DNA of 64,000 nucleotides from a virus. Each line of letters starts with the position of its first letter. Position 1 is the stretch's first letter. Where the stretch lies: IMG/VR virus record IMGVR_UViG_3300025466_001905, positions 1-64,000 of that record; one strand, given 5' to 3'. Of the stretch, positions 26,494-37,151 are shown piece after piece. The position numbers and the translations under genes are program-made. Below the pieces are notes generated by a model. That model saw only the letters and a program-made list of their open reading frames with translations, had not been told where the DNA came from and made no database searches.

Positions 26494-27459
26494 ATGAATA
26501 TTTTAGTAACAGGCGGTTGTGGTTTGATTGGACACAACGTAGTACATCTATTAGAGCAACTAGGACACGAAGTCTCTGTCATAGACAATCGAACCACATA
26601 TGGATTGGTACCCGAGACTGAGATAAATTATCTCATGCATGAACGGTTAAAAAAGATCAAATCTCGATTGATCTACAGAGAAAATATCGAAACTGCGGTA
26701 ACTACAGATTATATTATAGACAAACACAAGCCTGATATTGTGGTACATATGGCCAGCTTTCCTAGACAAAAAGTTGTAAATGTAAATCCTGCCTGGGGCA
26801 GCAGAGTCATGATGGAAGGCCTCATCAATGTGCTTGAAAGTTCTCGCAAACACGGTGTTAAAAAAGTCGTGTACATTTCTAGTTCAATGGTGTATGGTGA
26901 CTTTTCTGATGATGTCTCAGAAGACGCAGTATGTAATCCAATTGGGCAGTACGGAATCATGAAACTTGCAGGAGAGCAACTTGTTAAAGATTACACTCGT
27001 CGTGGTTGTTTTGACCATGTTATTATACGCCCTAGTGCCGTGTATGGACCCCTTGATGTGGAAGACAGAGTGGTTGCCAAATTTATGCTCAGAGCTATGC
27101 GCGGAGAAACTCTTTGTGTAAACGGAGCCACAGAGACTTTGGATTTTACCTATGTTGACGATGCGGCAGCTGGTATTGTTGCTGCGGCCTTGAGTGCAAA
27201 TACCACAAACAAAACGTACAACATAACCAAAAGTCATAGTGTGAGCCTGGGTCAAGCTGCAAAAATGATAATAGATATTGTGGGATCGGGTAATATTGAA
27301 ATCAGAGACAAAGATCCCGACTTCCCCAGTCGTGGAGCATTGAATATTGATGCGGCTCGTAGAGATTTTGGATTTGATCCTTTAGTAGATGTTCGTGAAG
27401 GATTTGAAAATTACTACTCATGGTTAAAAAATTCTGTGTACTGGAACATACAACAATGA
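26494..27459 (+). CDS. NAD-dependent nucleotide-sugar epimerase/dehydratase
   Basis: TGGCGLIG, SSSMVYG, YGIMK, RPSAVYGP. Confidence 0.92.
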   Translation: MNILVTGGCGLIGHNVVHLLEQLGHEVSVIDNRTTYGLVPETEINYLMHERLKKIKSRLIYRENIETAVTTDYIIDKHKPDIVVHMASFPRQKVVNVNPAWGSRVMMEGLINVLESSRKHGVKKVVYISSSMVYGDFSDDVSEDAVCNPIGQYGIMKLAGEQLVKDYTRRGCFDHVIIRPSAVYGPLDVEDRVVAKFMLRAMRGETLCVNGATETLDFTYVDDAAAGIVAAALSANTTNKTYNITKSHSVSLGQAAKMIIDIVGSGNIEIRDKDPDFPSRGALNIDAARRDFGFDPLVDVREGFENYYSWLKNSVYWNIQQ

Positions 27460-28073
27460 AAATAGTAGTGATTAGTGCTCATCCAGATGATTTAGAAATT
27501 GGATGTGTTGGCACTTTGAAAAAATTTCAAGATCAAGGAGCTACCATCATCTCTGTTGTTACAGTGCGTCCGTCTGCAGAAGTTAATTCTCAAAGATCCC
27601 GGTCCGTTGTCGAAGATGAATTACATGCCAGTTACACTATGACTGGCTTTGATCTTAGAATTTTTGATACTGACTTGCACGACAACGGACGTCCCAATTT
27701 ACAAGTAGATAATGTCACAATGACCAAACTTTCATACTTGATTGACAGCTGTGATTTAGCAATTATTCCCAACAGTGAAGATTATCATCAAGATCACAGA
27801 GCTACAAATCATTTGGCATGGCCATTGTTACAGAAAAAAGCCAAAGAAGTGTGGACTATGAATTCATGGCCCTATTGCTATCAATACAGATCTAACCCCA
27901 ACATTTATCATGGCATCGACTGGCATGCAAAACAACAAGTATTGTCATGCTATAAAAGTTATATCAGTCAAGATAATCTTGATCAAATTCAAGCAATCAA
28001 TTGTGTGAACGGCAACAAGGCTGGAGTACCCCATGCTGAGTCATTCAATCTATTGTACAAGTATGTTAGATAA
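27456..28073 (+). CDS. PIG-L/LmbE family N-acetyl-sugar deacetylase
   Basis: AHPDDLE and HQDH metal-binding motifs. Confidence 0.88.
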   Translation: MKIVVISAHPDDLEIGCVGTLKKFQDQGATIISVVTVRPSAEVNSQRSRSVVEDELHASYTMTGFDLRIFDTDLHDNGRPNLQVDNVTMTKLSYLIDSCDLAIIPNSEDYHQDHRATNHLAWPLLQKKAKEVWTMNSWPYCYQYRSNPNIYHGIDWHAKQQVLSCYKSYISQDNLDQIQAINCVNGNKAGVPHAESFNLLYKYVR

Positions 28074-29109
28074 CATCAGTTTATTTCAAAACAATAGAAA
28101 CTGGGATCAAATTCGTAACGAAGTCATTGACCTGGTTGATACCTATCATGCACTGGGTATTGCTCAAAATGGCAGCCCAATGTTGGAACTTGAATCTGTA
28201 CTGGCCGGTAGATTTAATCGAAAACACTGTGTGACCACTGCATCATGCACAGATGCACTGGTTATTGCTTTGAATGCTTTGAACTTGCCAAAAAATTCCT
28301 GTGTTGCAGTTAGCAATTACACTTTTACCGCCACTGCGCATGCCATTGCACGAGCAGGTTATCAAGTTATCCCAGTGGATGTTGACAACAACTACTGTAT
28401 CAATTGTGAGTTGATTCCAGATGTATCAGCAGTGGTAGTGGTAGATTTGTTTGGTAATATGAGTCAGTGGAGCACTCTTGAAAAATTCAAAGTTCCAATT
28501 ATCAACGATGCAGCCCAAAGTATAGAAAGTCACAATGGGGTCAAATGGTCTGCGGAATATGGTCTGATCAGTTGTTTGAGTTTTAGTCCATCAAAAACCA
28601 TAAGTTCATGGGGTAGCGGTGGTGCATTGGTCACAGACAATGATGACATAGCCAATATTGCACGGAAACTAAGATTGCACGGCAAAATCAAAAATTCAGA
28701 TATTGCAGTTGATGCTGGGCTCAACAGCATGATGTCCAGTTTTGAAATCGCGTCAGTTCTAGTGGGTTTGCGATATTCCAGTAACTGGCAACAACGTAGG
28801 AAATCCATAGCTGATTACCTTATAAGCAATAGTACCCATGTTTCTGGCATGGACACCCAGCTTGAACAGCACACCTATCACAAATTGGTATTTCAGTCTT
28901 GGGATCGTAATAGCATAATTAAAAAAGCAAGAGACAATCAAATTGAGCTGGCAATACATTACAATATCACAGTCAACGACGAAACACTGTATCAAACTGC
29001 TGGCAGTTATCCTGCAAGCAATGATTTGAAGCAAATAAGTTTTACTGTGCCTAATCAACACACATTGACTGATGTAGAAGTAGAAAGAATAGCAAAGGTT
29101 TTAAAATGA
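28063..29109 (+). CDS. DegT/DnrJ/EryC1/StrS PLP-dependent sugar aminotransferase
   Basis: SCTDAL, DAAQS, SFSPSKTI with the catalytic Lys, GSGG. Confidence 0.9.
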   Translation: MLDNISLFQNNRNWDQIRNEVIDLVDTYHALGIAQNGSPMLELESVLAGRFNRKHCVTTASCTDALVIALNALNLPKNSCVAVSNYTFTATAHAIARAGYQVIPVDVDNNYCINCELIPDVSAVVVVDLFGNMSQWSTLEKFKVPIINDAAQSIESHNGVKWSAEYGLISCLSFSPSKTISSWGSGGALVTDNDDIANIARKLRLHGKIKNSDIAVDAGLNSMMSSFEIASVLVGLRYSSNWQQRRKSIADYLISNSTHVSGMDTQLEQHTYHKLVFQSWDRNSIIKKARDNQIELAIHYNITVNDETLYQTAGSYPASNDLKQISFTVPNQHTLTDVEVERIAKVLK

Positions 29110-30068
29110 ATATTTTGATACTTGGTGGGCACGGATTTATTGGTCATCATACAACCAAACTTTTGACCAATCTAGGGCATAGTGTCAGTGTGGTGGACTT
29201 GCATCATCGCTACGGGGACTTTGAACTTTGGGAGTATAATCCTGTGCTTGCGCAACGAATCGAGTACATGGGTGATCACAAATTTTATCCTGGCAATGTG
29301 TCCAATAGAGAATTCATGGAATCTGTGTTTGATTCTGAATCTTTTGACGTGGTAATTGATTTGGCCACATATCCCAATGCCAAAATGGTCAAACGTAACA
29401 TAGTTGATGCTACGGAAAATATGATTACAGCCACTGCCATTGCACTGGAACTATGTGTCAAGTACAATGTCAGGCGGTTTGTATTGGCCAGTAGTTCTAT
29501 GGTTTATGGAGAATTTGGAGCTGACCCGCCGGATGAAAAGTCACAATGTAATCCTTTGACGTTGTATGGCAGTTATAAATTACAATGCGAACAAATGTGT
29601 AAGATATGGCACAAAGAACACGGCATTGAATACAGTATATTGAGACCAAGTGCACTGTATGGCATCAGAGACATGGTAGTACGTGTGATTAGCAAGATGA
29701 CTGTGAATGCTATTAAACTTGGAATCATGGAGGTCAATGGTCCCAACAACAAACTAGATTTTTCCTGGGTAGATGATGTGGCCAGTGCTTTTGCTACTGC
29801 AGCCACTGATCCAGCCTGTGCCAATCAGATTTTTAATTGTACCCGGGGAAATGGAAGAAAAATTATTGAAGCTGCTGAACTGATACAGGCCAGAATACCC
29901 AGTAAAATTTTACTAAAACCGCATGATGAATTTTATCCCAATAGAGATACTTTGAACAGCAGTCGTCTAAGAGAAATCACATCCTGGAATCCTACCATGA
30001 ATATTGACACTGGCATCAATTTGTATTTAGATTGGTTTTTAAAACAAGACTATATTACCAAATTTTAG
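29106..30068 (+). CDS. NAD-dependent nucleotide-sugar epimerase/dehydratase (paralogue of 26494)
   Basis: GGHGFIG, SSSMVYG, YGSYK, RPSALYG. Confidence 0.92.
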   Translation: MNILILGGHGFIGHHTTKLLTNLGHSVSVVDLHHRYGDFELWEYNPVLAQRIEYMGDHKFYPGNVSNREFMESVFDSESFDVVIDLATYPNAKMVKRNIVDATENMITATAIALELCVKYNVRRFVLASSSMVYGEFGADPPDEKSQCNPLTLYGSYKLQCEQMCKIWHKEHGIEYSILRPSALYGIRDMVVRVISKMTVNAIKLGIMEVNGPNNKLDFSWVDDVASAFATAATDPACANQIFNCTRGNGRKIIEAAELIQARIPSKILLKPHDEFYPNRDTLNSSRLREITSWNPTMNIDTGINLYLDWFLKQDYITKF

Positions 30069-32271
30069 TATTGTACTTGTTGTAATAGTAATTCTCAAGC
30101 CATTCCCAATCAAAGCTGAGTTTTAATGCAGAGTAGTCACCGTTGACCTGTTCATAGTATTCTACTGCATCGCCTGCGCCTTGCAGACAATATTCGGCAT
30201 TTTGCCCTTGTGCTCGACTACACCAAACTTTTAGTCTGTACTGTATTTCAGTGCCTGCACCTTGATCAACTTCTTGTTTGAGCTTTAGCACTTCTCTAAA
30301 TGCACTTCGCCATGTGATCCAGGGATCTGTGTTAAATCTTGAAATACTGGCACAGATAGGCACAACTTCGTGAGCTGCACTCAAAGTAAAATCCAGGCCT
30401 GGTACAGTGTCTAACACCAACTGTTTGTTGTACAAATTTATATTCATGGCACCATATTCTAAACCATTCAAAGGGTTACGACTGTGGAAAATATAGTGCT
30501 TGGGTTGTTGCAAGCGATCTGGTGCAAAATCAAATTTAAATTCTGGCAAAACTTCAGTCTTGGCAAACACAGCAAAAAACCAAGGAGTTGAGCTCAATGC
30601 CGCAGCAGTTTTATACGCAAGTTCTCTGCCAGTTACTCCGTCACTGCGCAGAGCATGTGGGCATATAGACAACAAATTTTTCCAATTTTCTTCAGCCATT
30701 GGTTCACCATTGCTGATAAACACAATGTCAGATGGTGTTGCCTTGCAAATACGCTGACTTCGATCTATATATGGATAATCATAGACCTGTGTTTTGACAT
30801 AGGGTATTGCAGCTCTGGGCACTATCACAGTTTCTGCTCCTGAATCCAATGGCACAACAGTTTTGGTTTGTTCTCTCCATAATGGCACAGTGGGCACAAA
30901 ATTGTCATAATCATTGACTGTGAACAAGGCCAGTGGACCTGTCCAGGATCTTGTTTTGATTTGTTCCACATGTGTATCACTGTTGTGTGAAATTATTGGC
31001 ATGGGTCTTCTAGGCACAGAAATGCCTACAAAATTCAAGTCATACCATTCTAACAATTTACAATTTTCAGATCTAGACAAAAATGTTGGTGAGTGCATGA
31101 AAAATGTGTCACCAAACTTTTCTCCGTCAGATGCAAACACATGCAACATACCTGCTTGCCATTGTTCTGGATGCCAGGTAAAGTCAAAATTGCTGTAGTC
31201 ACACACGCTGGAACATATCCAAACAAATTCGTGGCCATCTCTATTGGCACCGCGGGCAATGCGTTTCAATGTGTCCAAGTAGTTGTCAAAATATCTTACA
31301 ATAGAAACGTTCTGATTGACTTGGTCAATTGTAATCTGTGCATTGTTGTCTAGATGATCTATCACATAGGTCCATGCTGCTACTCTAGAAGTTTTGATAC
31401 GTACCTGATCAATGTATTTGATTTCGGTGGCACCAGGCATGGAGTACACTGGTCCTCCTGTTTTTTGATGTTGTGTGGCAAATTGGTAGATATAGGGTGG
31501 CGATCCTGGATCTGGTACCCAACTGAAATCTACTTCGCCCACATCCACTGTGTCAGGCACTGACCATTGACTGTAATCAGGCAATAGTTCGGCTCTGGGC
31601 CAGGTCATGAACTTTCTTTCCATTGCACCAGGCACACAATACTCGACCGTGGGCATAATTTCAGCACGATGCCATTGGTTACCAAACACATAGATATAAG
31701 GCGGATCTCCTGGATCCGGTACCCAACTGAAATCCCAATGGCACTCAGTCAATACCTGCCATTGACAATGATACTTTTGTGGCAATTTAGCCAATGGTGA
31801 CTGCATAAATTTGTACTCATTGGCACCAGGCACATGGTACTCGACCGTGGGCATCTTGGTAGCTGGGTACCATTGATTGCCAAACACATAGATATATGGT
31901 GGATCCCAAGGGTGTGGATGCCAGGTGTAATCAAACTCTATATTGGGCACCAGTTCCACATAGTGCGGATCATTGATCAGTCTGCGAGTGGGTATGATGT
32001 GTTGATGAAATCGATATTGTACTTCTGTAACATGCGTGGGCACAAGATATGTGCCTGAATACTGATGATGTTGACTGGACCAAGTATGCGTAAAGTCTTT
32101 TTCCCAAGACACAGGTTCCCAAAGAAAATCAAAGTCAGTATAGTCCGCTAAGTAGTTGATCCACCAAAAATATCTGGTACGACTTAGTGTTCTTGCATGA
32201 TCAATATCGGATGCCAGTTGCTCGTGAGGAAATACGTTGGGTTTTGTTCCAGAATAAAATACGTCAAACAT
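30055..32271 (-). CDS. multi-module glycosyltransferase-like protein with internal repeats
   Basis: Three WxPxPxxPPYIYxF repeats. The C-terminal domain (FISNGEP..EENW..GVTG..AYKTAA..WRSAFRE) resembles 55797-56726. Confidence 0.6.
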   Translation of the reverse strand: MFDVFYSGTKPNVFPHEQLASDIDHARTLSRTRYFWWINYLADYTDFDFLWEPVSWEKDFTHTWSSQHHQYSGTYLVPTHVTEVQYRFHQHIIPTRRLINDPHYVELVPNIEFDYTWHPHPWDPPYIYVFGNQWYPATKMPTVEYHVPGANEYKFMQSPLAKLPQKYHCQWQVLTECHWDFSWVPDPGDPPYIYVFGNQWHRAEIMPTVEYCVPGAMERKFMTWPRAELLPDYSQWSVPDTVDVGEVDFSWVPDPGSPPYIYQFATQHQKTGGPVYSMPGATEIKYIDQVRIKTSRVAAWTYVIDHLDNNAQITIDQVNQNVSIVRYFDNYLDTLKRIARGANRDGHEFVWICSSVCDYSNFDFTWHPEQWQAGMLHVFASDGEKFGDTFFMHSPTFLSRSENCKLLEWYDLNFVGISVPRRPMPIISHNSDTHVEQIKTRSWTGPLALFTVNDYDNFVPTVPLWREQTKTVVPLDSGAETVIVPRAAIPYVKTQVYDYPYIDRSQRICKATPSDIVFISNGEPMAEENWKNLLSICPHALRSDGVTGRELAYKTAAALSSTPWFFAVFAKTEVLPEFKFDFAPDRLQQPKHYIFHSRNPLNGLEYGAMNINLYNKQLVLDTVPGLDFTLSAAHEVVPICASISRFNTDPWITWRSAFREVLKLKQEVDQGAGTEIQYRLKVWCSRAQGQNAEYCLQGAGDAVEYYEQVNGDYSALKLSFDWEWLENYYYNKYNTKIW

Positions 32272-32272
32272 A

Positions 32273-33364
32273 ATGATTAGAATAGATGAAATTTACAACA
32301 ATACATTTTGGCCTTGGCTGAGAAAAAACAAAGTTGGAGCCAGATTATTTTTTTGTGATCCGCCCGGCAAGGCCGATGTAGACAGTCTATTTAATCTTGG
32401 TTCTGACAACATGGTAGAAACTGACTATGTTTTTTTGCATGATCAAGAACCTGTGCATTTGGATTTGCATAAACCCTTGTTTGATGCAGTGATAAGTCGT
32501 AACCAGGACATACACTGTAAACCGCAAGGACACATAATTGTCAGTGAACAAGGCGAATATGTTGACCAATTATTGGCCATGTACGGTTGGCAGAGTCATT
32601 ATTATTTTTACCATGGGTGGGCATGTAAAGATTGGTTTCGTGGGTATGACAAAACTTTTCTGATTGATCGGGCTCGAAATCGACAACCCACAAAAACTTT
32701 TATTAGTCCCAATCGTATTATTGCAGGCAAACGCGATCATCGAGTGTTGTTTCTTTACCATGTGTTTAAAAATCAACTTGAACATAATTGGATATCTGCT
32801 CCACGCACATGTGTTTATGAAAATGTAGATATATCTGTCATAGCTAGCAAGTATAATAGCATATACACAGACATAGAGCAAGTGTTATTGTCGGCACAAT
32901 TGCCCAGGCTGTTCCCTGGAGAACATGTTCAACATATGACCAGTTGTTGGTTGACCAATTTTGACGAAGCAGCAGACAGTCTTGTGTATGTGCCAACCGA
33001 AACAGTATATTTTGGACGTAGGCTACACATAACAGAAAAAACTTTCAAAGCCATAGCCTTAGAAATGCCATTTGTGCTGGTTGCTCCTGCTCATAGTTTG
33101 CGTTACATGAGAAGTTATGGATTTCAAACGTTCAAAGGCATATTCGACGAAAGCTACGACGACGAAACCGACGATATCATTCGCATTGAAAAAGTTACAA
33201 AATTATTGACTGATCTAGATAATATGACAGTCAAAGAACGACAAGAGATACATCGTGCTTGTTTGCCTGTAGTGGAACACAATTTTGAACACTTTTATGG
33301 TTCAGGGTTTGACCAGATACTATGGGCAGAGCTGAAGGATATGTTGCATGAGCTTGCCATTTAA
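32273..33364 (+). CDS. ET..TEK family protein (GT10/fucosyltransferase-like), copy 1
   Basis: VPTET..HITEKTFKAI..MPF..GFQTF..FDESYD. Confidence 0.6.
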   Translation: MIRIDEIYNNTFWPWLRKNKVGARLFFCDPPGKADVDSLFNLGSDNMVETDYVFLHDQEPVHLDLHKPLFDAVISRNQDIHCKPQGHIIVSEQGEYVDQLLAMYGWQSHYYFYHGWACKDWFRGYDKTFLIDRARNRQPTKTFISPNRIIAGKRDHRVLFLYHVFKNQLEHNWISAPRTCVYENVDISVIASKYNSIYTDIEQVLLSAQLPRLFPGEHVQHMTSCWLTNFDEAADSLVYVPTETVYFGRRLHITEKTFKAIALEMPFVLVAPAHSLRYMRSYGFQTFKGIFDESYDDETDDIIRIEKVTKLLTDLDNMTVKERQEIHRACLPVVEHNFEHFYGSGFDQILWAELKDMLHELAI

Positions 33365-34508
33365 TTTTGTCACTGACAACATTGTAAAAAACAAAATATA
33401 TCCAGCCTTGGCCCAGTGGCAGGCACAACCATACACAAAAGAATGGCGAGATTTTGTACGCCATTGGCCAAACACAGTGCCCATAGAACTACTGGAACAC
33501 TGTAGAGCTCACAATTACCCACACAACATATCCACTACCGGGCTGGGATTTTATGCCATTGGCCTGGGATTTTTTAATTTTGATGTTGATTATTTTGACC
33601 TAATACCGCACTGGGTTTTAGAAAACAACAACAAAATACTATTTTACTATCACGAAGGTGACAATCCTTATAGAATAAAACAACGTCTGGACGAACTTTG
33701 TTATATTCATCAGTTGCCAGTGGATTGCTATCGTTTTGTCAGTGGCAATACCGCAGCCGATAATATTCCAGGATTTGTTTACTTTGCAGATCATGAGTTG
33801 TTGTACTGGAATCGAAATCGCACAGTGCCTGCTTGTGCTCTGAATTTTGCTCCAAGATCAAAAGAATTCACAGTATTGTCTCGTACACACAAATGGTGGC
33901 GAGCCACTGTGATGACTGATATGATTCGTAATCAAATATTGACCAACAGTTTTTGGAGTTATAATACAGATATCTCTTTAGATGAGTTGCCCAACGACAA
34001 CCCCATTGAAATTGATACGCTTGATATCAGCACAGATATAACTGATTTTTTAGCAGGAGCACCTTACACATGTGATACTCAAACTCAAGAACAGCACAAT
34101 GATCACAGTCAAACTGAACTTGCACACTACTGTGATTCTTATTGTAGTGTTGTTTTAGAAACTCATTACGATGCTGATCAAAGCGGGGGTGCTTTTTTGA
34201 CCGAAAAAACATTCAAACCTATCAAGCACGGTCAACCATTTGTGATTGTGGGCGCACCAGGAAGTTTAGAAACTTTGAGAAAATTAGGCTACAAAACTTT
34301 TGATCAAGTGATAGACTCAAGCTATGATAACATACAGAACAACACTCACCGTTGGCAAAAGACACTCCAGGTTATCAAACAATTGCAACAACAAGATATG
34401 CATAAAATTTTATTGGCCTGCCAGGCAGATCTTAAACACAACCAAGAATTATTTTTGTCATCAAAATACACAAGATTAAATAGCTTACTTGAAAGATTAC
34501 ATGATTAA
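33348..34508 (+). CDS. ET..TEK family protein, copy 2
   Basis: VLET..FLTEKTFKPI..QPF..GYKTF..IDSSYD. Confidence 0.6.
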   Translation: MSLPFNFVTDNIVKNKIYPALAQWQAQPYTKEWRDFVRHWPNTVPIELLEHCRAHNYPHNISTTGLGFYAIGLGFFNFDVDYFDLIPHWVLENNNKILFYYHEGDNPYRIKQRLDELCYIHQLPVDCYRFVSGNTAADNIPGFVYFADHELLYWNRNRTVPACALNFAPRSKEFTVLSRTHKWWRATVMTDMIRNQILTNSFWSYNTDISLDELPNDNPIEIDTLDISTDITDFLAGAPYTCDTQTQEQHNDHSQTELAHYCDSYCSVVLETHYDADQSGGAFLTEKTFKPIKHGQPFVIVGAPGSLETLRKLGYKTFDQVIDSSYDNIQNNTHRWQKTLQVIKQLQQQDMHKILLACQADLKHNQELFLSSKYTRLNSLLERLHD

Positions 34509-35520
34509 CAGTTATACCAGTTGGCAGCCTTTGCAAGAAGTCATAGTAGGTCGGGCTTACTCACCTGACTATTTTGATTTTATCGAAAATGCTCAAGTTC
34601 GAAATCAACTACAACAAATATTGTCAGAGACCGAAGAAGATTTAGATAATCTTCAACGTACCATTGAGACCTATGGCGCTCGAGTACGCAGGCCCAGGCT
34701 GATGGACAAGGACCACTTTCAAAGTCAACAGATACTCGGGCAAGGAGCACCTTTGCCCCCGTTGACTCCAAGAGACTGGCAAATTACCTTGGGACAAAAA
34801 CTGCTTAGAGTGTTGCCAATGAATGAATTGGATGAAATATGTCAGGAATACTCGGACCAGGTAATCAACCCTCACGGCGAGAACTGGGATCCTGACTGTG
34901 TATTAAATGGTGCCAGTGCTAGTTGCATTGTGCGTGTGGGGCGTGATGTGTTTTTTGACAACAGTGATTTTCTTAGACCAGATCAAACACAATGGATTGT
35001 TAAAAATTGTCTGGGTCCAGAATATAGAATCCATGAAGCCATAACCGACGGACACGGTGATGCAGTGTTTGCTATCTTGAAACCTGGAGTTATATTATCT
35101 AGCAAGCATGATATGCATCTGTATCTGGCAGACGATTTTCCAGGATGGGAAGTATTGAAGATATGGGATTCCAGCATATGGGCTGCCATGGAAATTGGCA
35201 AATTCAAATACGAGACCAGTCCTGGTGCTTGGTATGTGCAAGGTCAGACCCCCACACCAGAATTCACACAGTTTGTAGATACTTACTTGAACAAATGGAC
35301 AGGATTTGTAGCCGAAACAGTGTTTGACGTCAACTGTCTTGTGTTAGATGAAGAAAATGTTATTTTTAGTGCCTACAATAAAAATGTTTTTGATTTCTGT
35401 AAAAAACATAGAATTAATCCTATTATTTCAGAACTACGACACAGTTATTTTTGGGATGGCGGAATCAGCTGTTGCACACAAGATTTGTGTAGACTTGGAT
35501 CGCTAGAAACTTATTTGTGA
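34501..35520 (+). CDS. amidinotransferase (glycine/inosamine amidinotransferase family)
   Basis: NSYTSWQPLQEVIVG, PRD, GHGD, DVN, DGGISCCTQDL with the catalytic Cys. Confidence 0.85.
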   Translation: MINSYTSWQPLQEVIVGRAYSPDYFDFIENAQVRNQLQQILSETEEDLDNLQRTIETYGARVRRPRLMDKDHFQSQQILGQGAPLPPLTPRDWQITLGQKLLRVLPMNELDEICQEYSDQVINPHGENWDPDCVLNGASASCIVRVGRDVFFDNSDFLRPDQTQWIVKNCLGPEYRIHEAITDGHGDAVFAILKPGVILSSKHDMHLYLADDFPGWEVLKIWDSSIWAAMEIGKFKYETSPGAWYVQGQTPTPEFTQFVDTYLNKWTGFVAETVFDVNCLVLDEENVIFSAYNKNVFDFCKKHRINPIISELRHSYFWDGGISCCTQDLCRLGSLETYL

Positions 35521-36506
35521 TGTATGCCATATCTGATATCAAAAAATTACATTTGGAAATTTCCAGTCTGTGCAATGCATCCTGTCCTTCATGTCCTAGA
35601 AATTTCCACGGATACCCATACAATCACGGCTATACTGAACGCAATCTAACGTTGGCTGACGTCAAACAAATTTTTTGTGTGGAATTTGTTCAACAACTGT
35701 CAGAGATACTGATCAATGGCAACTACGGCGATCTTGTAATGAATCCTGAAAGTTTGGATATCATTGAGTATTTCAGACAACACAACAGTCATGCACATAT
35801 TCCTATTTCAACCAATGGATCTGCCAGGAACAAACAATTTTGGCAACACTTGGCCAAACTAGACACCAAAGTTTATTTTTGCCTGGACGGTCTTGAAGAC
35901 ACACATAGTTTATACAGAGTCAATACCAATTTTGCCACAGTGATAAAAAATGCCAAGACTTACATTGATGCAGGCGGACATGCAGTATGGAAAATGATTC
36001 CGTTTGATCACAATAGGCACCAAATACAACAGGCTCAACAACTCAGCAGAGATTTAGGATTCAAAGATTTTATTGTAACAGATTATGGTCGCAACAACAC
36101 TCCAGTTTTTGATAAAAATGGCGATTTAACTCATGTGATTGGAGAACCAAATCAAACCAATTTTGCTGTGATGTTTTCGGCCTACAAAAGAAAGTTTGAC
36201 AACTGTTCTAACCTGTTTGATTCTACTCCAATCAAAGATCCTATAACCTGCGAAGCTCAAACAGACAAATCCATCTATGTATCCAGCACAGGAGAAGTAT
36301 TTCCCTGTTGTTACATCGGCGATACCATTGACATTGCCAAGAATTGGCAAATGAAAAAGCTTAAAAAAGAAAACAATGCATTGCACCACAGTTTGGAACA
36401 GTGTATCCAATGGTTCGCTGTTATTGAATCTTCTTGGTCTCAGCCCACATGGGCTCAAGGGCGCATGGTGGTTTGCAACAATGCTTGCGGCAGTAAAAAT
36501 TTATAG
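35517..36506 (+). CDS. radical SAM enzyme with a C-terminal SPASM/twitch domain
   Basis: CNASCPSC, STNGS, C..G.VFPCC..CNNAC. Confidence 0.88.
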   Translation: MMYAISDIKKLHLEISSLCNASCPSCPRNFHGYPYNHGYTERNLTLADVKQIFCVEFVQQLSEILINGNYGDLVMNPESLDIIEYFRQHNSHAHIPISTNGSARNKQFWQHLAKLDTKVYFCLDGLEDTHSLYRVNTNFATVIKNAKTYIDAGGHAVWKMIPFDHNRHQIQQAQQLSRDLGFKDFIVTDYGRNNTPVFDKNGDLTHVIGEPNQTNFAVMFSAYKRKFDNCSNLFDSTPIKDPITCEAQTDKSIYVSSTGEVFPCCYIGDTIDIAKNWQMKKLKKENNALHHSLEQCIQWFAVIESSWSQPTWAQGRMVVCNNACGSKNL

Positions 36507-37151
36507 ATCTATTTGAATACACTGTTGTTTGTTAGAGTGTGACAACAAGCTGTTGTGAACAGTGTGGGCTAGCCGCAGATTAAATTCTGGCGAAAGATGA
36601 TTGTGATACTGATGCATTAACTTTTTAATATCTTCTCTATCGCCCCATGTGTTGGGTTGCCCGCCTGCAGATGTAACTGCAATATGCAACAATGGTGTAT
36701 CAAATTTAATGCCTTCCAGTATGGAAAAATACTGCTGCGTATTTGGAAAACACTGCAAATGCACAACTTTTTTTCCTTGCATCAATTGGTTCAGCTCATA
36801 AAACCATTGTTGCATACACCAAGTTGTTACGTCGTCGGTTTGTATATAAGTATGCCATATTTTTTTGGCCAGATCCCCATCGCTGGAGGGAATACTAAAA
36901 ATAGGATTGCTGCTTAGTAATCTGTTTGGATCAGTATGGCAAAAAACAAAATATTCAGTTTCTTCAAACTTGTGAGATTTCATATAATCCAGTAGATGTT
37001 TACGTACTGGCCACCATCCTTGTCCAGCAAATCCATACCCTTCCAATTGTAAACTACAAAGCTCTGCTAGTTTTGCGGGCCAGTGTTTTTCAATGTTTTC
37101 TCTGTGAAAACAATAACTATCGCCTGCTATGTAAATGTAACTCACGAACAC
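36501..37151 (-). CDS. SGNH-hydrolase-like protein
   Basis: IAGDSYC block I, GFAGQG, NHLS. Confidence 0.6.
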   Translation of the reverse strand: MFVSYIYIAGDSYCFHRENIEKHWPAKLAELCSLQLEGYGFAGQGWWPVRKHLLDYMKSHKFEETEYFVFCHTDPNRLLSSNPIFSIPSSDGDLAKKIWHTYIQTDDVTTWCMQQWFYELNQLMQGKKVVHLQCFPNTQQYFSILEGIKFDTPLLHIAVTSAGGQPNTWGDREDIKKLMHQYHNHLSPEFNLRLAHTVHNSLLSHSNKQQCIQIDL

